Origin: a virus
Taxonomy: Duplodnaviria > Caudoviricetes
Length of the DNA stretch: 60,042 nucleotides
Direction: 5' to 3' (one strand)
Virus record (IMG/VR): IMGVR_UViG_3300046028_006424
Coordinates: 1 to 60,042 of that record
Positions 1 through 7,732 of this stretch are shown piece by piece; the stretch's first letter is position 1; each line of letters starts with the position of its first letter. The notes beneath the pieces are model-generated. The model made no database searches. It saw only the letters and a program-made list of their open reading frames with translations, and had not been told where the DNA came from. Position numbers and translations under genes: made by a program.

Positions 1-127
1 GAAGCAGCCGCGAAAGCCGAGCGCGAGGCCGCAGAGAAAGCGCAGCGTGAAGCAGCAGCAAAGGCCAAGGCTGAACGCGACGCACTTGAAGCAGCCGCGA
101 AAGCCGAGCGCGAGGCCGCAGAGAAAG
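1..127. repeat. Terminal direct repeat, identical to 59916-60042; probable assembly k-mer overlap of a circular or terminally redundant genome
   Basis: Bases 1-127 match 59916-60042 exactly, and the reading frame of 59259.. continues into 1..522. Confidence 0.85.
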
Positions 128-214
128 CGCAGCGTGAAGCAGCAGCAAAGGCCAAGGCTGAACGCGACGCACTTGAAGCAGCCGCGAAAGCCGAGCGCGA
201 GGCCGCAGAGAAAG
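1..214 (+). repeat. 87-bp perfect tandem repeat (~2.5 copies) encoding EAAAKAEREAAEKAQREAAAKAKAERDAL
   Basis: Units start at 1, 88 and 175, and also at 59916 and 60003. Confidence 0.95.
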
Positions 215-522
215 AACTGGCCCGCATCAAGGCAGAGGCAGACGCAGCGGCCAAGAAGGAACGCGAAGCCCGCGCCAAGCTGGAATCTGAGCTTGCCGCC
301 AAGAAAGCTGCCGAAGAAAAAGCCGCTGCTGAACTTGCCGCCGCGCAGAAGAAAGCCGCCCGCGCCCCTGATAAGCAGAAGGCTCTCACCTTCGCTGCAA
401 CCGTCCGCACGCTCAAGGCTCCCGAGGCTTCCACCGCTGAGGGCAAGGCCGTCATGGCTGAGATTGCGCAGAAGGTCGAGAACTTCGCCAAGTGGATTGA
501 ACTTCAAGCCTCTAACCTGTAA
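1..522 (+). CDS. C-terminal part of an Ala/Glu/Lys-rich coiled-coil phage protein (continues from 59259 across the join)
   Basis: Frame 1 open from base 1 to TAA 520-522, ending ...NFAKWIELQASNL; not in the ORF track because it has no start in the window. Confidence 0.85.
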   Translation, partial: EAAAKAEREAAEKAQREAAAKAKAERDALEAAAKAEREAAEKAQREAAAKAKAERDALEAAAKAEREAAEKELARIKAEADAAAKKEREARAKLESELAAKKAAEEKAAAELAAAQKKAARAPDKQKALTFAATVRTLKAPEASTAEGKAVMAEIAQKVENFAKWIELQASNL

Positions 523-526
523 CACT

Positions 527-736
527 ATGCCACGCGACCATCAAATTAATGATGATGCAGTGCTGAGAATCGCACAACAAGGAGTAGCGAAACTGCTGCG
601 TAAAAAAGCAGAGCGCAAAATCTACCGCTGCAAAGACCGCATGTGTGGTGCTGATGACTGCCCGACATGTTACCCGGCAACTTATGAGCAAGCTTTGAGC
701 GAGTTAGACGCGCTCGATAACGAAACCGACGAATAG
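527..736 (+). CDS. Small hypothetical protein with Cys cluster (CKDRMCGADDCPTC)
   Basis: ATG 527, packed between neighbours; the real part of track ORF 47..736. Confidence 0.65.
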   Translation: MPRDHQINDDAVLRIAQQGVAKLLRKKAERKIYRCKDRMCGADDCPTCYPATYEQALSELDALDNETDE

Positions 737-739
737 ACT

Positions 740-1855
740 ATGAACGAAACTACAACACTGGCCAATACGGTCAAAACATCGGGGGAGATGGCAGGTGCCG
801 CCTCCGCCTCACACGCCAAAGCCCTCGTTGAGGCCAAATACGTCATGGCCGTCCAGCGGCCTCGCAACCTGCTCTCCGTGCGTGACAAGATCCTTGAAGC
901 GTGCGCCCGCCCAGGATTCGCAGCATCGGCATGGTACGCCAAGCCCGTTGGCGGTGGCAAGGTTCGCGGCCCCTCCATCCGGTTCGCTGAGACGGCGATT
1001 CAGTGCATGACGAATATCTCTGTGATGCCCTCCATTGTTTACGAGGACCGCGAAAAGCTGGTTCTCGACGTGCAGGTGATCGACCTCGAAAGCAATACGA
1101 GCTACGGGGATCAGGTCACGATGACGAAGACCGTGGAGCGCAAAGACGGGAAAGGCCGCGAGATCATCGGGGAGCGCACAAACACGAACGGCGAAAAAGT
1201 CTTTATCGTGATGGCAACTGAGGACGAGATGGCGAACAAGACCAACTCGGCAAAGTCGAAGATCATCCGCAACTCGGGACTGCGCCTCATCCCGCAAGAC
1301 ATCATCGAGGAAGCTGAATGGTGCGTGCGTGAAACCATCGCCAAGGGCGGCGGAGATCCAGCGCAGGAGCGCAAGCGCATGGCTGACGACTTCTCTTTCA
1401 TCGGCATCAAGCCTGCCGAACTGGAGAAGTATCTCGGGCACACGCTGGACTCTATCTCGCCGGCGGAATTGGCCGACCTGCGCGAAGTCTTTGCCACTCT
1501 CAAAGATGGCGAGGCAAAATGGTCTGACTACGTGGAAAAGGGCGTGAAGCGTGCGGGGACTACAACCAGCGTGAAAGCACAGCCATTGGAGCAAGTCGCG
1601 ATTGTGGAGGCTGAATCCGCGCCAGTCGCGGCGGTGGATACTACTCCTGCCATGGAGGACAATCCCCAATTGCTCGACCTGCTCGACAGCATCGAACTGT
1701 CGAACACCTGCGAAGAACTCAACACATGCAAAGTGAAGTGCGCTGAAATTGAGCACGAAGCGCACCGCGAACTCGCCAAGAAAAGCGTGGTGAAAAAAGC
1801 AAAAGACCTTCAACTCGTCTGGGACAAATCCACCCACCAATACAAAGCAGCATGA
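740..1855 (+). CDS. Putative single-strand annealing recombinase (RecT/Redbeta/Rad52-like SSAP)
   Basis: Motifs QRPRN...ACARPGFA..AWY.KPVGG..VRGPSIRFAE; overlaps the start of a RecE-like exonuclease. Confidence 0.6.
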   Translation: MNETTTLANTVKTSGEMAGAASASHAKALVEAKYVMAVQRPRNLLSVRDKILEACARPGFAASAWYAKPVGGGKVRGPSIRFAETAIQCMTNISVMPSIVYEDREKLVLDVQVIDLESNTSYGDQVTMTKTVERKDGKGREIIGERTNTNGEKVFIVMATEDEMANKTNSAKSKIIRNSGLRLIPQDIIEEAEWCVRETIAKGGGDPAQERKRMADDFSFIGIKPAELEKYLGHTLDSISPAELADLREVFATLKDGEAKWSDYVEKGVKRAGTTTSVKAQPLEQVAIVEAESAPVAAVDTTPAMEDNPQLLDLLDSIELSNTCEELNTCKVKCAEIEHEAHRELAKKSVVKKAKDLQLVWDKSTHQYKAA

Positions 1856-2709
1856 ACATCTACGAATGCAATCCGCGTGATTACCACGCCAAACTGAAAT
1901 GCAACCGGGCCAACGTTCTCGACCCTGACAGTTACTTGTCAAAATCGGTTCTTTGGGAACTGGATTCGTCCAGCCTTTGGAAGTGGCGCTACTACTACAC
2001 GAAGCCACGCGAAACCACCGCAGCGATGCGCTGGGGAAGTCTGATTGACTGCCTCACGACCACGCCAGAACTCGAAGGCTCTGACATCGCGCTTTCGCCC
2101 TATGACTCGTTTCGCACGAAGGATGCGCAGGCATGGAAGGCCATGCAGGAAGCGGAAAAGAAGATCATCGTCACCGCTGAGGATTTGGAAGAGGCGCGCA
2201 CCGCCGTGAAGATGCTCACAGAGACGTGCAAGGCGAGCGCCGACATCTTCGCCAAGTCCAAGTCACAGGTTATTGTGGCTGGCAACGTTCTTGGCGCGAA
2301 GGTCAAGGGACTCATTGACCTGGCCCCCGAGGGTGAAGACTTTCTGGCCGACTTGAAGACCGTGAGCACGTTCAGTCTCGAAGGCTTCGCAAAGGCAACA
2401 GCAAATTTCGGTTATCATGTTCAGGCCGGAATTTATCTCAATCTCTGGAACTCGCAGCATCCGAACGATCAACGCTCCCGATGGAAGTTCGTCTGGCAGG
2501 ATTCCGCCGCTCCTTATGAGGCGTGCGTGACCGAGCTTGCCCCGCAGGATATTGAGGCTGGATGGGCCTACGCTGTGACGCTGATTCAGCGTATCCTTGA
2601 CGCCACCGCCGCCGATTGCTGGCCGCTGGCATTCTCCGAGAAGGAGTCGATTACTACGCGCCCTACGTGGGCGGCAATGAACGAGGAATCCAAAATCACC
2701 ACCCCATGA
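1852..2709 (+). CDS. PD-(D/E)xK exonuclease, RecE/exonuclease VIII (DUF3799)-like
   Basis: T.AMRWGSLIDC, KGLID...LADLKT, FGYHVQAGIY motifs. Confidence 0.85.
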   Translation: MNIYECNPRDYHAKLKCNRANVLDPDSYLSKSVLWELDSSSLWKWRYYYTKPRETTAAMRWGSLIDCLTTTPELEGSDIALSPYDSFRTKDAQAWKAMQEAEKKIIVTAEDLEEARTAVKMLTETCKASADIFAKSKSQVIVAGNVLGAKVKGLIDLAPEGEDFLADLKTVSTFSLEGFAKATANFGYHVQAGIYLNLWNSQHPNDQRSRWKFVWQDSAAPYEACVTELAPQDIEAGWAYAVTLIQRILDATAADCWPLAFSEKESITTRPTWAAMNEESKITTP

Positions 2710-2879
2710 AAAAGCACTTCTACCCACCCTCCGCCGAGTCCATGACCGTGCTCACCTTTCGCCAGATGGCAGCGTGTGTCGCCGCCTTCACTGCCCTGTT
2801 CATCGTCGCGGTGTTCGTGGTGGTGAAGCGGCCAGCGGAGAAGGATGGGAAACATCAATCGGTGATCCTTGGGAAATGA
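2706..2879 (+). CDS. Small single-TM membrane protein
   Basis: ATGA overlaps at both ends; hydrophobic ACVAAFTALFIVAVFVVV. Confidence 0.55.
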   Translation: MKKHFYPPSAESMTVLTFRQMAACVAAFTALFIVAVFVVVKRPAEKDGKHQSVILGK

Positions 2880-3166
2880 AGCCCCTCTTCATTCCGCTCA
2901 AAGGCGAGTTCTTCGATGCGTTCGAGGCTGGCACTAAGGACACGGAGTACCGCAAGCGTGGCCCGCGATGGAGCAAGCTAAACTGCGCAGTTGGTCGCCG
3001 GGTAACTCTATCGCGTGGCTACGGCAAGCATCGCCGCCTATCTGGCGTCATTACCGGCTTTCACTATGATACATGTCCCTCTAAACTTATCGGCTGGGTG
3101 GCATGCTACGGTGAAGGCGCCGGCGATGCCGCATGCATCAAAATCAAACTCGACATACACCCATGA
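2876..3166 (+). CDS. ASCH/PUA-like domain protein
   Basis: LFIPLKGEFFDAFEAGTKDTEYR matches the ASCH GxKxxExR motif. Confidence 0.8.
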   Translation: MKPLFIPLKGEFFDAFEAGTKDTEYRKRGPRWSKLNCAVGRRVTLSRGYGKHRRLSGVITGFHYDTCPSKLIGWVACYGEGAGDAACIKIKLDIHP

Positions 3167-3546
3167 GAACTTTCAATCTCGGACTCGAAGACCACCAGCA
3201 GGCCGTTCTAATCGAATGGTGCGAACTGAACCGGCAAAAGTATCCGCAGCTTGATTCACTCTACCACATTCCAAACGGAAAAATGCGCCATCCTGCTATC
3301 GCCGCGCAACTCAAGGCCGCAGGAGTGAAGGCTGGCGTTCCTGACTTGCACTTGCCTTTTGCCGCTCATGGCTACCACTCGTTATACATAGAGATGAAGC
3401 GCCTTGTCGGCGGCAAACTCTCGAAGGCACAAAAGGAATGGCGCGACCGCCTCACCGCTCAAGGCAACCTCGTTGTCACCTGCGAAGGCTGGGAGTCAGC
3501 CGTCAAAACTCTCATTGAATACCTCACCCCGAAAACTCACACGTAA
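3163..3546 (+). CDS. VRR-NUC domain nuclease
   Basis: HIPNG...GVKAGVPDL...LYIEMK...GKLS..QKEW. Confidence 0.9.
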   Translation: MRTFNLGLEDHQQAVLIEWCELNRQKYPQLDSLYHIPNGKMRHPAIAAQLKAAGVKAGVPDLHLPFAAHGYHSLYIEMKRLVGGKLSKAQKEWRDRLTAQGNLVVTCEGWESAVKTLIEYLTPKTHT

Positions 3547-3586
3547 CCCTGTTCCCGCTGCGCAGCGGGACATTTTGAACCACCAC

Positions 3587-3889
3587 ATGAGAACTATCCA
3601 ACAGAACGGCGCATCCGTCGCCCGAGAACATCCCGGCTTTATCGCCATCGCTGGCCCGTTTGCCGTCCAGCACACGAAAGAAGAGTTTGCGAAGAAGTAT
3701 CAAGATCAGGCAGTGGGTGCCTACCGGGAGCAGCGGAAGATTTGCCGCAAGGCGCGGATCGTCATGCACGGCACGCAAGCCTGGGTGATCCGCAAGAAGC
3801 CGCTCATCACCGAGGCTGCGGACAAGATGAAGACCTTCCATTGCGGAAGCTACGGTATCAAGGCAGGGAAGGGAGGGGCGCAGGGATGA
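3587..3889 (+). CDS. Hypothetical protein
   Basis: ATG 3587; stop overlaps next ATG. Confidence 0.6.
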   Translation: MRTIQQNGASVAREHPGFIAIAGPFAVQHTKEEFAKKYQDQAVGAYREQRKICRKARIVMHGTQAWVIRKKPLITEAADKMKTFHCGSYGIKAGKGGAQG

Positions 3890-4140
3890 AGACCATGAAG
3901 CCACCCCTCATCAAATGCGAGTGCTGCAACGGCACCGGGAAGCACGAACTGTCCGCCGACCACTGGCGCACGCTTCAAATGATACCCTATGCGCCCGCCT
4001 CTACCTCTCGCCTCATGCTCGATGAAACAGGCGTGACACCAAACGCCATCAACAACCGCCTTATTTACCTTGAGCGTGCTGGCCTCATCCGCCGCGTGGG
4101 CAAAGACGGGAAGTTCATCTTGTGGGAGGCGGTGAAATAA
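3886..4140 (+). CDS. Small winged-helix DNA-binding protein with N-terminal CxxCxGxG
   Basis: CECCNGTG then GVTPNAINNRLIYLERAGLIRR. Confidence 0.65.
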   Translation: MKTMKPPLIKCECCNGTGKHELSADHWRTLQMIPYAPASTSRLMLDETGVTPNAINNRLIYLERAGLIRRVGKDGKFILWEAVK

Positions 4141-4141
4141 T

Positions 4142-4525
4142 ATGTGCGACTGTGAAATGCCATCGTGCTACACCGAATCGAAGCCACGCGCCCGCAAGCG
4201 GCATCAATGCTGCGAGTGTCGCGGCTGGATCGAGATTGGCGAGACATACCAACTCATCACTGGCGTATGGGACGGAAGCGGCGCAAGCTACAAGACCTGC
4301 CCGCAGTGTGCGGCCCTGCGCCAGCGCATCCAAAAGCTAACGGGGTGCTGTGTCGGACTCGGCGGCATGCGCGACGACCTGCGTGACCTTGACGAATACC
4401 ATGGCACCACAGAGAACCAGCGTGAGATGTGGGCGGAGCATAACGCCATACGCATTCGACGGGGCGCGGCCATCTCGCCAGCCTACAAGGAAGAAGAGAA
4501 CGAACTCGCGGAGGTTTTTGCATGA
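4142..4525 (+). CDS. Cys-rich phage hypothetical protein
   Basis: ARKRHQCCEC...IEIGETY...GVWDG...YKTCPQC. Confidence 0.75.
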   Translation: MCDCEMPSCYTESKPRARKRHQCCECRGWIEIGETYQLITGVWDGSGASYKTCPQCAALRQRIQKLTGCCVGLGGMRDDLRDLDEYHGTTENQREMWAEHNAIRIRRGAAISPAYKEEENELAEVFA

Positions 4526-4707
4526 CCCTGCCCGCCATCGCCTCCCGCTGGAAGAACACCCCATGGTCAACAGGCCGCGAGCAGACCGTGACCGTCACGC
4601 GCACCGACGCCGGCTGGGTGTGGTATGAAAGCGAGCTCGGTCGGGGATTGGCTGCGCTGGATTATTTCGTCAATAACTTCACTCCCGTAACTGAATCACC
4701 ACCATGA
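4522..4707 (+). CDS. Hypothetical protein
   Basis: ATGA coupling at both ends. Confidence 0.6.
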   Translation: MTLPAIASRWKNTPWSTGREQTVTVTRTDAGWVWYESELGRGLAALDYFVNNFTPVTESPP

Positions 4708-4994
4708 ACGAACCTCTCACTGACCGCCAAGCCGCCGTGATGGACTTCATCCGCGATTTCTACGCCCAAGAAGACCGGTTGCCTTCAACCCGCGACATCC
4801 AGACGTTCTTTGGTTGGAAGTCTCAAACCGGGGCCGTCAGCCATCTGCGCGCGCTCTGTCGCAAGGGCTACTTGGAGCATCGGCAGGGAGAGTTCAAAGA
4901 GCGCGGATGGTGGCGATTCGCTCGCCATGACAGGCCGATTCCCTCCCCTCCCCCGCCCGCAGGGCCTGCGCAGTTTTCACCACGGGCCGGTTGA
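4704..4994 (+). CDS. LexA-like N-terminal winged-helix repressor domain, without peptidase domain
   Basis: LTDRQAAVMDFIRDF...PSTRDIQTFFGWKS..GAVSHLRALCRKGYL. Confidence 0.85.
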   Translation: MNEPLTDRQAAVMDFIRDFYAQEDRLPSTRDIQTFFGWKSQTGAVSHLRALCRKGYLEHRQGEFKERGWWRFARHDRPIPSPPPPAGPAQFSPRAG

Positions 4995-5019
4995 CAGGCC
5001 GCGCTCGCGTATCTAATCT
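4991..5019 (+). promoter_or_regulatory. Sigma70-type promoter upstream of the replication initiator
   Basis: TTGACA (4991-4996), 17-bp spacer, TAATCT (5014-5019). Confidence 0.6.
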
Positions 5020-5025
5020 CACACA

Positions 5026-5052
5026 GTAACGCAGCGTAACGCTAAATAACGG
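5026..5052 (+). repeat. Three RTAACGS boxes at 10-bp spacing (iteron-like operator)
   Basis: GTAACGC 5026, GTAACGC 5036, ATAACGG 5046. Confidence 0.6.
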
Positions 5053-5054
5053 AT

Positions 5055-5849
5055 ATGGCATACACGAAACTCTTCTCTACCATCGTCACCTCGTCAATCT
5101 GGTCGGAGGATGACGCCACCCGCATCGTCTGGATTACGATGCTGGCGCTTTCCAACAAGGACGGCGAGATTTTAGCCGCGCTCCCCGGCCTTGCCCGCAT
5201 GGCAGGCGTGAGCATGGAGGCATGCCAGAAAGCCATAGAGAAGTTTCTCGGGCCAGATCCTCACTCCCGCACCAAAGAAGAGGAAGGGAGGCGTCTGGAG
5301 GTGATAGACGGCGGCTGGGTGCTCATCAATCACGCCAAATACCGGCGCATGGCGAGCGACGAGGAACGCAAAGAGCAATCAGCCATACGGCAGCAGCGTT
5401 TTCGTGACCGTGCCGCCAAGAATAACGCACCCGTAACGCACCCGTCACGCAAGAGTGACGGCGATTCAGTGAAAGTAACGGCGGAATCACGCCAGATTTC
5501 ACATGCAGATGCAGAGTCAAATACAGAAGCAGACACAAACTCAGATGCAAAAGCAAAAGCAGTAGGCGCAAAAGCGCCGCGACCTCCCGCCACAACTGAC
5601 GAGGAATGGATTCAATCTTTGGAAAATGATCCGACCTATCAAGACCTGAACATACGCCAAGAACTCGGCAAGATGCAGAGATGGTGCGAAACCAACCGCC
5701 AGAAGCCTAGTCGTAAACGTTTTGTGAACTGGATCAACCGAGCAGAGAAACCCATCGGCGTGAACGGCCAGCGCCAACCCAAACACCCAGCCTATGACGC
5801 CAAGACGGCCACGGCGGGCATGACGGCAGAGCAAATCGGAATTTTCTAA
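5055..5849 (+). CDS. Phage replication initiator protein (lambda O-like role)
   Basis: YTKLFSTIVTSSIWSEDDATRIVWITMLAL N-terminus, internal repeats, RKRFVNWINRA C-terminus; followed by a DnaC-like ATPase. Confidence 0.8.
   Translation: MAYTKLFSTIVTSSIWSEDDATRIVWITMLALSNKDGEILAALPGLARMAGVSMEACQKAIEKFLGPDPHSRTKEEEGRRLEVIDGGWVLINHAKYRRMASDEERKEQSAIRQQRFRDRAAKNNAPVTHPSRKSDGDSVKVTAESRQISHADAESNTEADTNSDAKAKAVGAKAPRPPATTDEEWIQSLENDPTYQDLNIRQELGKMQRWCETNRQKPSRKRFVNWINRAEKPIGVNGQRQPKHPAYDAKTATAGMTAEQIGIF
5422..5560 (+). repeat. Probable replication origin: iterons followed by an A-rich 6-bp periodic tract
   Basis: ATAACGC 5422, GTAACGC 5433, GTCACGC 5444, GTGACGG 5455, GTAACGG 5475, ATCACGC 5486; then GCAGAT/GCAGAG/GCAAAA-like units. 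Confidence 0.6.
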
Positions 5850-5853
5850 CCCT

Positions 5854-6702
5854 ATGGACAACATCCCGCCCGATTTCAACGTTGTAATCCCCGACCGCGC
5901 CTTTGACCTTGCCGCGCTCGACCGGTTGGAAGCCACGATCCGAGCCAAGTCGGAAGCGTTCGACGCGATGCTGGATGCCTGCCAGCAGCAAATCTTGTGT
6001 GAGACTCATGCTACACGCTCAATTCTCAACCGGGAGGCATCCCGCGCCGCCGCCAGGCCCGTCTGGACCTGCCCGACGTGCGAGGGTGAAAGGCTCGCCA
6101 AACGGCATGCGCGGCGCATTGAGGCCGCTGGCATCCCGGCAGATGTGCGTCACGCGACTCTTGAGAACTTCGACACCAACCGGCCAGACGCGAAAAGGAC
6201 AGATGGGTGCGTGTCGCCGGCCAAGTTCATCGACGCCGCGAAAAGGCTACAGGCTGGCGAGGTGCGCAACGTGGGATTCGCGGGAACCCCAGGCATCGGC
6301 AAGGGCCATCTCGCCGCCGCGCTCTGCATCGACGCTATCGCGCACGGTAAGAGCGTGGCATGGATCGAATGCGCCCGCTTGTTCAACGCCTACCATCGGG
6401 CCTACAAGACCGACAGCACCGAGGAAGTCACCGACAAATACGCCACGGCTCACTTGATCGTGCTCGATGAAATCTGCCTGCGTGAGTTGCCTGCTGACGG
6501 TGAAGAGATCCTTTTCGCCATCTTGGACCGTCGCCATAAGGCAGGGCTGCAAACCATCTTCCTTGGCAACGCGCCAGCCGAGGCCATCCGCAAGTGGCTA
6601 GGCTCCCGCATCGTGGACCGGCTGAGATCGGGCGGCGTGGCTTTTTGTTACGGCGAATGGGCCAGCATGCGCGGAGCCACGGGAGACGGCGCGGAGTTTT
6701 AA
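5854..6702 (+). CDS. DnaC/IstB-like AAA+ helicase loader
   Basis: Walker A GTPGIGKGH, Walker B LIVLDE, ILDRR, GSRIVDRL, upstream CPTC. Confidence 0.9.
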   Translation: MDNIPPDFNVVIPDRAFDLAALDRLEATIRAKSEAFDAMLDACQQQILCETHATRSILNREASRAAARPVWTCPTCEGERLAKRHARRIEAAGIPADVRHATLENFDTNRPDAKRTDGCVSPAKFIDAAKRLQAGEVRNVGFAGTPGIGKGHLAAALCIDAIAHGKSVAWIECARLFNAYHRAYKTDSTEEVTDKYATAHLIVLDEICLRELPADGEEILFAILDRRHKAGLQTIFLGNAPAEAIRKWLGSRIVDRLRSGGVAFCYGEWASMRGATGDGAEF

Positions 6703-6716
6703 CCAGTGAATAAATT

Positions 6717-7067
6717 ATGAATAGCGAATTGAAAACAGAATCAAGCGGATGCCCGGTGACAGACTCATTAGTGAGTAAGATCATTCATTATTCACCGCCT
6801 GATGACTGGCAATGTTACAATGTGGCCTTCAAGCTTGTGGAGCGCGCCAAGGTCGGGCAGCAAAAGTACAAGACCAACTTGGCTCGAACCGACCTAACGC
6901 GAAAGCAATGGCTCACTCATGCGCAGGAGGAGGCGATGGATTTCGCGAACTACATGCAAGTGCTCATTCTTCAAAGCCCAGGCTACTCAACGCGCTTTGA
7001 TAGCATGCAAGACGAGGCTCTAGCCTTTGCCACCGAGCTGGCAGTTTTGATTGAAAAAGAATCCTGA
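6717..7067 (+). CDS. Hypothetical protein, possibly all-alpha MazG-like NTP pyrophosphatase fold
   Basis: ERAKVGQQKY.TNL.R.DL...WLTHAQEEAMDFANY. Confidence 0.55.
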   Translation: MNSELKTESSGCPVTDSLVSKIIHYSPPDDWQCYNVAFKLVERAKVGQQKYKTNLARTDLTRKQWLTHAQEEAMDFANYMQVLILQSPGYSTRFDSMQDEALAFATELAVLIEKES

Positions 7068-7215
7068 TCTACACCACACTTATGAGCACACCAACAAGCC
7101 CGAATAAGATGCCCAGCGAATGGCATAACTCACCCAATCAAGTCCTCGAACTCGACAACGGGAAGCGTCCCACAAAAACTATGAGCGGCACCTTCGACGA
7201 GAAAGAGTTCTGGGG

Positions 7216-7407
7216 ATGAAGTTTTTCCAACGACTCTTTGCCCTGCGCCACTGCCTATTCGGCAAGCACCGTTACCGCCCATGGAATGTTATCTACCGGG
7301 GGCTGTCTCAATACGAATGCTGCTGCTGCAGGAAGCCTACTAAATGGATGACGCCAGCAGAGCGCCGATGCTTTGAACAAACCGAGAAGCCATCTTGGAG
7401 TAATTGA
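7216..7407 (+). CDS. Small hypothetical protein
   Basis: CLFGKH...YECCCCRK motif; co-oriented in operon. Confidence 0.5.
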   Translation: MKFFQRLFALRHCLFGKHRYRPWNVIYRGLSQYECCCCRKPTKWMTPAERRCFEQTEKPSWSN

Positions 7408-7519
7408 ATGATCCCACCCTTCCAACTCAACAAACCCAAGCCTAAATTCAAATTATGCCTCTAGCCACAATGCGCAAGCTTTCCGCGAATGGGCCAGCAA
7501 CTACACCCAAGGAGAATCT

Positions 7520-7732
7520 ATGAGCACAACACCCACTGCCATGAATGCCACCAAAACCGCTGCAATCTTCGGCTGTTCTCCGCAACAGGCAGAAGTGCAA
7601 ATGCGCAAGAACCTCGCTGGACTCCAATCCATGGAGGCGAAAGCGCGATCCACTGGCCGGAAGGTGAACGGCTACACCGCTGACGATCTCGCGGGCATGA
7701 TTGCCAAAGTGAAGAAAGGCTGGAACCTGTGA
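7520..7732 (+). CDS. Hypothetical protein
   Basis: AAGGAG upstream; stop overlaps the GTG of the MTase. Confidence 0.65.
   Translation: MSTTPTAMNATKTAAIFGCSPQQAEVQMRKNLAGLQSMEAKARSTGRKVNGYTADDLAGMIAKVKKGWNL

Noticed and set aside
1-214. 87-bp repeats as a CRISPR array
   Set aside because: No unique spacers; the unit is a multiple of 3 and encodes an in-frame helical repeat; no cas genes
47-526. 5' part of track ORF 47..736
   Set aside because: Shadow frame of the real frame-1 coiled-coil gene; only 527..736 looks genuine
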